A program made the translations under genes and the position numbers. DNA of 63,480 nucleotides, filler included, from Phoronis australis (taxonomy: Eukaryota; Animalia; Phoronida): NCBI GenBank assembly GCA_002633005.1. It is 4 parts of 4 records of this genome, joined end to end, with 100 filler letters (N's around TTAATTAATTAA, not from the genome) between each part and the next. Parts side by side here need not be neighbours in the genome. Positions count along the whole stretch, not along the records: positions 41,988 to 62,141 come from NMRA01000627.1; positions 62,242 to 63,480 come from NMRA01000168.1; 2 more parts are not named here. The stretch is one strand, 5' to 3'. Positions within the stretch are counted from its first letter, which is position 1, and the number at the start of each line of letters is the position of its first letter. The notes under the pieces are model-generated. The model made no database searches. It saw only the letters and a program-made list of their open reading frames with translations, and was not told where the DNA came from. Of this stretch, positions 53,650 to 63,480 are shown one piece after another.

Positions 53650-55256
53650 TATATTAGTTATGGATGAGCGCACTGAATGATGCGCTATTCCTAACAGTCG
53701 ACAGGTAACTCTTTAGTATTGTCATGTCATGAAAGTGACGGTCGCTTGACCTAAATTCAACTTCTAGTATGCAAGACGGTATGAGTTGACTGCTGATTGG
53801 GTAAAATATAATTGCTATCATATACTGACAGTTAAAGACAATGGACAATTGACTTTTTTACTGATTATTTGAATAAGATTAAAAACCGGACAATCACCGC
53901 ACAAATAAAAAAGTTCATGTTCAATTCAACATTTCGTCTTTTCATTGAATAAGCCAATGCACGAGAGTGATAATTTTGTGGCATGATGGTCCCATAAACA
54001 AAGCTGCAGGTGAAGCATTGCCACATATGTCTAAGGTTCTCAGTGCAAACATTTGAGCCAAAAATGTTTGACTTTAGAACTGGAAATGAATTATTTTAGG
54101 TGAAGGGGCCTTGGCCTTTTACAAAACACAGTAAAAATTACGCTTTTCCAGTGTTTTGGCGGTTTGCAAACAAACAATCCTTTGTGTGTTGGTATGATGA
54201 CATAATTTTTTGAATTGTTTATTGACAATTATGTTTCGTTGTCATTGTAGATATTTCCAATGCTTATTAGCATCATATGATGAATCTTGACATGAGCACA
54301 ATAATCCCATAATGGTTTTTGCTAGTTTCAACCTCTCAAAAACTCCCACAATTCAGCCTGCTCAAACAAAGTTAAACCTCTGCACACAAAATGCCATAAG
54401 AATTATGGAGATCATACGAAAAATCAATATTGACATCATGACATTGATGGCCGTCATTGTTTAGCCAATCGACCACTTCCAGCAGTAGACCCTTGTGTAT
54501 AGTAAGTGAATGCAGGTAACTTAGGCAACCCCTCTTCCGCCCTTACTTAACCACATGTGCATTCTCACTGAGAGAGTTATCTTTTGAATATGGCATTTGT
54601 TCGCAACATGGCTGGGAAGTGAACTTCTGTTTTGTTTAAATTTCTCTACAAAAGTAATGAGAAACAATTGAGTCTGTTACAAGCACGGTTTACTGAGTTT
54701 AGATGTCGCAAAACAACACTTGCTGAAGTTTTTATAATTTGCAAAAAGTTAATCAGCCATTGAAACCTGTAAAATTGGCATTTTGTCTATTATTTTGTAT
54801 GAACTAAGTAAGAGAATAACCATGTTGTATTTTCTAGGGTGATGAGTTTTTGATAATTATGGAAGGTCGTTGATGTCAGGATAACAGTTAGGATTTTGTC
54901 TTTGTGTGAAATCACTCTGGTTTTGAAGAACAAAGTTTTCTTTTCCCTTTGTGGCAATGATAACGCAGCTGCGAAAGTTCATTTAAGAGGCTTTGTGACA
55001 TTGAAAACGTTGAACTGCCTTTGCAAGGCTGGGACGGTGTCGCTGCCACACTTTGCCAGCACTTGTGACTCGCTTCAATGCCTCCCCCCATCTGACATGT
55101 TGGAATAGCAACATGTTAGGGTTTTTGTATTTTTAGGTTGGAGGAGTAACTAGTTGATGTAATGTCCAATTTTGCCATTAATGGGTGTTTTGAAATTGTC
55201 ATGCAAAGTCAGCTGTGAAAGTACCTGTTTGTGAATGTGCTCTTGGTCTATGTAAC

Positions 55257-55883
55257 AGGGATCAAATGGGACCACCACACCAGAAAATGGGACCGCCATA
55301 CCTAAAGACATGACTGCCTCACCACAAAACCGAAACAGCCGGAGACTGAACATGACCGCTGTATATTTAGTATACAGCTTTGCCGCACCAAGGCTACTTT
55401 ACCGGAGAACCAGAACGCATTTTTTGACAAATGTCAGATTGGCGGCAATGAGTTTCAATATATTCGAAAACTTTCGTAGTGGATCAAAATGTGCTCAAAA
55501 GTGTGCAGGCGGGGTTGGTTATTGATTAAATTTATGGATTTAAATGTTGAACTTCTTTCAGTTGTTTGTAAGTCACATACCGCAGCAAAGCCTAGTGGTA
55601 AAGCTCGAAAGTGCTGCATTTTAAAAAGCGAAGTGTCCTGTAGCGCACAAGATTTCAGTGGATTTATCAGTATAAGACCTGCATAATAGCTCATTATATG
55701 ATCTGTGTAGGCATACACTGTCAATTGACCGGTCTTAAAACGTAGCCTGGAGTTGTCATTGCGGTCAAGTTTCAATCCCTGGTGGTCATGTTCAATCCCT
55801 GGCGGTCCCGTTTTGTGGTGGGGCGGTCATGTTTTTAGGTGCGTCTGTCCCATTCTCTGGTGCTGCGGTCCCATTAGATCCCC
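55257..55883. mobile_element. MITE with imperfect TIRs of about 100 bp
   Basis: gggatcaaatgggaccaccacaccagaaaatgggac.. is inverted as ..gtcccattctctggtgctgcggtcccattagatccc. Confidence 0.6.
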
Positions 55884-57999
55884 GTAGGTCCTGTTTTGCG
55901 GTGTTTCGGTTCAATTTGGATGACTGGTCGTTATGTTGTTTATCACCTTTATCACCGGTGAGTCAGCGGTGAGTCAGGAGTTAATCTTTGAGGATTTTGT
56001 GTTAAACACTGACCTAGTTGTTCTCTTTTATCACATTATCCCATCTTGCTACAGAAGTTCTCAAGTGGTGCTCTGAATAAATATGCCCTATTTTGGCTAA
56101 GATTGTCTTGTACTTGTTGATTTGTTGCCTTCAAGAGTATAACGACCCAGGGACAGGGGGTTAATACTTAAGGTCGCTGATAAGTGGCGTGTGATTACAA
56201 TAGGTTAACAATGCTAGAGATGTGCTAAGGCTACAATAAATGAGGGAATCTTACCGCTAATTAAACAAAAGACTTAGGGACAAAAGGAATATGGCGGCTA
56301 GGGCGAATAGTAAGCGCCATCTATATGTCATAATTCTCTAGATACTGATTGAAGGGGTATCCAATCCATGGCATGAGAATATGACCAACCACATGCTCAG
56401 CTAAATAATATGCAAACAATAGTTGTATTTGTGGTTTAAAAGAAAGGAAATTAGGGCATAAAACATGACCTAGAATTTGCGCCATGTTTGAATGTTTGCT
56501 CAGGGAGAACCTGCAAGCTGTTAGTATGGCTCAGACCATCCCCAGGTATCGGGCCGGCCAACGAAGCTCAGATACGAGATTAAAAATTAACTTGATGAAT
56601 AATATGTACACTTATGTATCTGAACAACCCCGGGGGGGGGGTATTGTGGAATTGACGGTATAAATTTATTATTAAGTTGTGCTTTTCCAATTTTAACAAG
56701 ATATCTGCATTTTATTGGTGGGACTAGATAGCCATGTAATTGTCTTTTTTAATGTACTAATGCTTTTCCACCTTGGGGATTGTACTTACTTTTCCTCCTC
56801 AGGGAGTTTGCAGATGCTGCGCTCATTTAACTCAGGAAAACTTGTTTATTAATTGTTGATAGTTCATTTAGTCTGCACAGTGATGCAACATGTTTATGGC
56901 ATTCCTTGCAACACAATGTGAAACACTTTGCAAGCCTTGGTTGAAGAGACCAGCCCATGCTTCAAATGATGTTCAGGTGTTTATGACAGCCTGTCACACC
57001 CAGCAGGAAGGCACATCTGCAAATCATCAGATTTGATGAGATTTCCCAGATGTCCAGGATTTTAGTGTGTTTGCTGCAGATGCTTATCTCCCTAGAGCCA
57101 GGGGATCAGACTTAAAATCAGTTAATGCAACAAAATTGATCAAGACTTTACACTGGTTATACTGTAAGTATAGGGCATGAGAACTGGGAAAATTAGATTC
57201 CCAAAACATGGAAAGATGATTGATATGCGCCACTTTAAACTTTGTGAAATTTACTAAATATTCAATCCCCGTTAATTTGACCTGAATTTACTGTCTGAGA
57301 GTATTTTAGTATGTTTCTTGTTGTCTCGCTAAAAATGATGTCGTTTTAAAAACTGCCTGGTCTTGAATAGAAATAATTAATCTTTAGTGATAAAATAAAC
57401 TGATCATTGCTTAATTACATTGATCATTAAACAGGAGTTTCTGCAGCTTTTTGACTGCATATCAGTCCTTAGAATAGCCAATTTGCTTTGACCATATATG
57501 TTTGTCTGCCAAATGAAATGTCATGACCATGATCCTAATTTGTTTCTTCAATCTGGCATTTAATTAGTTGGATGCACTTCTAACTGCTAGAACCATCAGA
57601 TTACCCAGCAGGAATGCCATCACATTCCTGAGTAATTGAAACTGAAATTGAATCCAATTGGTTAGTTGGGCACTGCCATTCCAGTGTTAGCTCCAATTAA
57701 GTAAAGAAACACAATTTGCATAGCCGGCAATGAAGTTTAAATGAGCTGTTATTGCCGTATGCTATTTTTGGTTGCGAGAAGGACCGATTGGCAGAGTTTG
57801 GTCTAGTATAAGCTGTTCTTAAAATATAGAACTCGTGAATTTTACATTCCAATCCTAGTACCTAACGAAGCTCATACATTAAATTAGTGCGTCAAAAACA
57901 ATTTTCCAATGTATAATTGTATATATTGCTAAATCCTTATGTTATGGCCGTGCTTTTGGTATTTTTTTATTTTTAAGTGATCTTACTAACATCAAACAA

Positions 58000-58990
58000 G
58001 GGAAAACTGTCATTAAATTCTCTGAAAAGTAATGGTGCTCGCTGATACCAGCACCGTGATCTTTGTTCCTTCGTTCATTTCTCGTTTTCAGTTGAAGAAT
58101 AGTAAATCCAAGGCTGCAAGCATGTATCCAAAAAGCCATCCAGTTGTATAGAAGTTTGAGCTGTAAAGCTAGAAATCACTTTTGAAACTGATGCTTGTTC
58201 AGTCCGACATCAAACTTATACCATAGAAGAACGCCCGGTCCAAAAGTTTTTGTAACTCTTGCATTTGCCACACGTTCCGAACGCTTAAAGGATACACAAT
58301 CAAATAAACATCATTTATTGCACCATTCTCCCACTTTTTCAACAAAGAAATCAGTCACTTAAGAATGCAACACTCGTGACACACTCTCATCAGCGTCTAC
58401 GGATAAAGAGCCCATCACCACAAATCACCCATGGTCGCTCTTCTAGAAAGAAGTAAGAAAAAGCGCCCATGGGTGCTTTTACGGGAACAAAAAGTGATTC
58501 AAAGAAATCCTTGTTTCCAAAAACGGCGCTCAGGGTACTTTTTGGGATCAAAAAGCGACTTAAGTATATCACTTTCACGTAAGTCGTTTATCAGTATTAC
58601 GAATGTAAGATGAGTCTTTATGACAAGTGAAAATAGATCAATAGGATTCAGTTAGGATTTGAGTGCTCGTGTCAAGAATGGAGGGTACTTCCTGTGAAGA
58701 CAGCGGTGCTTATTTTAACTACACTAGTAGTATTCTTGTATCTTTCAGAATTGCAGAAACTTTGCAGGAAATGCACGGCAATGTTACTTTAATGGAACTT
58801 AGAATCTCGGCAAATTTGTGCCCTCTGTAAAAAACTTTTGTAGTCAGAAAATGGCTGAAAAAATATTGGGAATATTTCAGCCTGTTTTGACATGGGAACA
58901 GCACTAGTATTTGTAGACTGATGCACTTAATGTTCCAAAATGGTGCCGCCAGTGTGAGAAAACCACCAATAGGCAATATCATTAGACCCT
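58000..58990 (-). pseudogene. Decayed reading frame, paralogous to 46.6-47.3 kb; possibly TIR-domain
   Basis: DFFESLFVPVKAPMGAFSYFFLEERPWVICGDGLFIRR..VYLIVYPLSVRNVWQMQELQKLLDRAF; upstream RILLV..SQEVPSILDT. Confidence 0.5.
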
Positions 58991-59505
58991 CTTGTCTTCA
59001 ATTTTGTTTATGCTTAATTAGTAAGTATGCTTAATTCCCCTCCCTCCCCGCCCCCAGCTCCTGGGTTGGAATTCCAGCCAATACGGGTTAGGACTGTGCC
59101 TCCAGTCAGCAGTTATGGATTTTAAAGTTCAAAGCTATTTAGTTATAGGTAATATGTATACATATGTGTTGACTGTTAATAAAGTTTGCTTATAAACCAC
59201 ATAAATTTCTTTTTATTTCATACCCCGTATTCTTCTATTATTCGTTTAAAACGCGCTCCCACTTCCTACAAAATTTAAAGAACAGAAGATTTTCAACTTC
59301 GGCTATTTTCGGAAACACGTCACATCAGGAACCAGGAACGTGACCGTGACCTACTATTCAGAGCGATTCAATAGTTTTCATTAGATTTCAGCCAATTAGA
59401 TGTTACTTATTGAGTGATAAAAGTGCTCACAATTCCCGTTGGACTTAGTCACAACATGGCGACTGATGCTTAACTGAAGGGCATGTTCAGTCGGCTATTT
59501 TATAT

Positions 59506-59625
59506 GAGCTGCCGAGTCAGTCATTGTTCTATCTGGGTTGTTTAAAGTTTGGTAGTCATTTGCTTTTGTTTACGAGTCACGTTGTTAGCCTACTGCGTAC
59601 CGGGATGTACTCATTATCGTCTCAT
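59506..59625 (+). mobile_element. Short fragment of the 41.4-kb THAP element, cut by a hAT-like end
   Basis: Matches 41408-41533; followed by CAGGGCTCGAC at 59632. Confidence 0.6.
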
Positions 59626-59818
59626 GGACAACAGGGCTCGACGCTATTAAAATCACCAGGTCGCATTTTGCGACCTAGCCAAAATCCCAGGTCGCATTTT
59701 CAAAATCCAGCTCGCATTGGTAAATGCCAGGTCGCAAAATTTTCCCGCCATTTTTACGCGCCAAAATATATTTTTTAGATCATCGAGAAAATGTTTAGAT
59801 TATGCTCTTACCTGCAGT

Positions 59819-60202
59819 GTTAAATGCTCACAAATTTCGGATCTCAAAATTGACTTCATTCATGCAGGTACGGCCTTACTGTTCTTCACGACTGCCATTG
59901 AAAGTCTCTAGAGCGCAAGCCAAGTTGCCGGCGTAAAAGTTGAATCAGTGCTCTCTAACTGACTTGTGCATTCGAGTAGCTAAATTTGCGAAGTGAAAAG
60001 GGAGAAAATGCCAGTTAAATGCTCACAAATTTCGGATCTCAAAATTGACTTCATTCATGCAGGTACGGCCTTACTGTTCTTCACGACCGAAAGTCTCTAG
60101 AGCGCAAGCCAAGTTGCCGGCGTGAAAGTTGAATCAGTGCTCTCTAACTGACTTGTGCATTCGAGTAGCTAAATTTGCGAAGTGAAAAGGGAGAAAATGC
60201 CC
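59819..60202. repeat. Tandem duplication, unit about 195 bp x2
   Basis: gttaaatgctcacaaatttcgg starts at 59819 and 60014; the copies differ by a small indel. Confidence 0.85.
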
Positions 60203-62619
60203 GTTGAAAAAAGTATCTGGGATTTTGTTAGATCTGGTCTGCTACTGGCCGTCATCAAAGTCGTTAACGATTCAAACTAACTCGGGTAATCGCGAGTTTG
60301 CTCTTCAATACCTTCCAAGTACGAGAAAAAATAGGTCAGTCGCAAAACGACACGCACGTCACTAGTGTTAACTTTCTTTCCGAGGTATAAAACAAAGCCG
60401 AGATTGGGTTTTTACATATTGTGAAAAGACGTTTTTGAAAACTGAAGTTGTGTAAAATGAAACTGACACACACCATATAAGCTGCGTGTCAATTTTAAAC
60501 CACACGCGGTCGTTTGTAGTGCGCAATGATGGGCGCTAGCTTGAAGTGTGGGCGCTTAATTAGAAATTTACAAAATTTCAGGGGGGACTTTTAATAGATC
60601 AGTGAGCGCTTATTATGAAACACTTTAAAGGTAGGGAGTAGGCTTGTGNTGAAACTGACACACACCATATAAGCTGCGTGTCAATTTTAAACCACACGCG
60701 GTCGTTTGTAGTGCGCAATGATGGGTGCTAGCTTGAACTGTGGGCGCTTAATTAGAAATTCTCAAAATTTCAGGGGGGACTTTTAATAGATCAGTGATCG
60801 CTTATTATGAAACACTTTAAAGGTAGGGAGTAGGCTTGTGCGTGAGCATAGTCGTTAACCACAGTGTTTGCGGTAATAAGATATTAAAACGCTGCAATGG
60901 TAAAAACGTTATAATAATACGATTTTGCGAGGGAAACTCCATCTGGTAGGGGTGACTTTCTGGATATCGTTACCAACTACATTGTACCCTTTTTAGCCAC
61001 CCGGAATGATTTTTTTAACTGCCCGCTTCAGCCGGAACAAGGTTGTTTCTATAGGAGTCTAAACATTTTACGGCGAAGGTGGTTCGGGGAGCGAAAAGTT
61101 GCCGGGGGTGTATAAAGAGAAGAATGAAAAGTTCGCTAACTTTAACCACAATTTTGCATCTAGTGCCAGTTTAGTTGCAATAGCTGGCTACGGGCATCGA
61201 ATACAGGGTTTACAGAACATNATCTAGTGCCAGTTTAGTTGCAATAGCTGGCTACGGGCATAGAATACAGGGTTTACAGAACATCGACCTCGGGAAATAT
61301 CGGAACAGGATAACGTTAGTTCTGGGTTATATAGGTCCCGGGACATCGGTTATTTTATAACCGCTGGGAAACTGAGTTCATTTTTAAATAAACCAGAGCC
61401 AAGCCGGTATACTCTTTCATTTAGGACTGTCGCTGTTCTTTGAAGTGGTGCGCACGCGTGAGTTCACGCACTTGAATCGTTGGAGTAGGCCTACACTTTA
61501 CGTTGGCAACAATGTATGAAAGACAAATTATATTTGGCGCACGTAGCCCCAGAAACAAGTAAAGGGTTTGAGAATTTCTAGGCAACTGACCGTCGTTTGG
61601 CGATTAATAAGGTTGTCATTTTCACTTAGGCTGTCTTAATACGATAAAAGGAGAAGCACATCTCAGTCTAAGTCACGATTGTCTGCCGGGACCACTTGCG
61701 CGCTAACGGTGCCGCAGTGCGATATCAGGGATATTGTCGTGGATATTTGGTACATGTAATAAGGACATCTTATGTGAACCACAAAGTTTGGTAAGTTGAT
61801 CGCGTAAGAATTAATAGAAACACCGTTGTTTTGTGAAGTTTTATCACGTGTAAGCAGCAGGGCTTCATCTAGGATTTCGAACATAGGGTGTCCAAAATGG
61901 GGTTCCCAATATTCCAGGGCGTCCATGATTCCAACGCCGCATTACCCCCCCCCCACCCCATTCACCAGTAACCCCCCCCCCAACACACACAGTGAGTTTT
62001 TTTTTACAATTAAAAAATGCGTTGAACAAGGCTTTTACACCTAAGTTTACAAAAACAGCTCCCTTGTATTGGGCTTTTTTAAGTACTAAAAAACTGTTGA
62101 TCAAGACTTTTATGTTTAAATTTACGAAAACAGCCAAATAGNNNNNNNNNNNNNNNNNNNNNNNNNNNNNNNNNNNNNNNNNNNNTTAATTAATTAANNN
62201 NNNNNNNNNNNNNNNNNNNNNNNNNNNNNNNNNNNNNNNNNCTCCAGGACTAAAAATAAATATCTCAAAACCAGAAATTTTACTTAAGCAGGAATTAAAA
62301 CAATCCAATACATTGAGGTTGTTTTCACAAAGAAGACCACAGAGCAAATAAAGACCAAAATTCACCACGTCAAGGCTGAAAATTTATCACATCAGCACCT
62401 ATAATTTATCAAGTGAGGACCAAAAATTCTTTACTTCAGGATCAAAATAAAATACGACCGAACTGAAAATTTAATAAGTCAGGTTCAAAAACTTACCGTG
62501 TCAGTAACTTTCACGCCAGAACACCATGTCACCATCCCCAAGCATGGATCTTTCAAAGTGATAATGTCCGTACTACATGTATACATATAAACAAGGGCTA
62601 TATGTTCAACCTCTCGCCG

Positions 62620-63338
62620 ACAACAGACCTATTATCTTGGAGATGCGGTTGAATTTCTTTTGTCTAATCCACGTTTTACAATAGATGCCAGTGTATAGGT
62701 ACACACTGGATTGTCACCATTGCATAATGGGTGATCACGTAGCCTCCGGGCTTGAAAACAACTCTCTCTCCTGGCGTGATAAGTTTTCTGACACAATGAA
62801 TCCTGGTTGCCCATTGTTTTTGATTCTACAGAGATTTCAATTCCTGAATAGAAAATGTGTGTTCTGGATGTTTTCGCTTCAGCTTTCCATTCAGCTAACT
62901 AGTCTACAGCACAGTGTTTTTACTATCCCGTGGCTGCTCCACTGCAACGAATCACTTCTAGTACAGTCTTCCGTAAATGACGTTCGTATATTGCACATTT
63001 CTTCGGGGTAACAGTTTTCCAAGAGCTATATATTCATTGGACAAGAATACCAGTCTCAGGTAGTCCTTGAGCTCATGCTCTGAATGTTTTGAAAACGCAA
63101 CTCTTTCTTTACGCAGATACCGTTTTCGGCCCGTGGACACCGACTCGCTGAATTCATCAACCAAACATTTATTTTTGAAAATGCTCTCAAAAGTGTATTT
63201 TTTTAAAACACTGAGTTGACCATAGTCGTCAGTGTAGAAAAGCGAAATGAACAAATTTGTACACAGTGCCCAAAGCACTTTTGTGGACATACGGAAACGC
63301 CAACGTCTCTGTCTTACAACGCTGCGTGTACTTGGCAT
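62620..63338 (-). pseudogene. Decayed TIR/SEFIR-like reading frame (tentative)
   Basis: 126-aa ORF LFISLFYTDD..KYTFESIFKNKCLVDEF..FSKHSEHEL..LRLVFLSNEY..LLP, then a frameshift. Confidence 0.3.
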
Positions 63339-63480
63339 TTCATTTCATGCTGGAAACTTTTTTAAGACTGAGAACCGTTTTAAAAAATAGTATTTTTTCT
63401 TACAGATGAGAACAGAGGAATTATTCTGCGATTTTAGGACTAAAATGGAACCAAATCTCGAGTGGTGACTCATTAGAATG

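Noticed and set aside
56941-57170. Plus-strand FSVFAADAYLP as another TIR fragment
   Set aside because: Single weak match with stops and no other supporting motif.
60458-61284. Tandem duplications 60458-60840 and 61158-61284
   Set aside because: Each pair is joined by a single n, so these are probably unmerged overlapping contig ends or haplotypes.

Overview
Repeat-dense animal genomic DNA (AT-rich, spliceosomal introns, probably a marine invertebrate) from a gapped draft assembly. The one recognisable host gene is a + strand short-chain dehydrogenase/reductase (SDR). Four of its exons can be joined in frame; the first exon was not found and may lie in a gap. Most of the rest is transposon-derived: (1) an apparently intact hAT transposase ORF fused to an N-terminal vertnin/OTU-like domain; (2) a decayed, 3'-truncated BEL/Pao retrotransposon; (3) an ISL2EU-type element family (GGGGCTATTC termini, AT TSD, convergent THAP and YqaJ-exonuclease remnants); (4) Kolobok-type TTAA elements with THAP remnants; (5) a rearranged L1/Tx1 LINE relic, a tRNA-SINE, a Helentron-like element and several MITEs. 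In the right third, two decayed minus-strand reading frames are clearly paralogous, and these plus a third look like divergent TIR-domain genes. All family assignments come from motif recognition by eye, with no database search.
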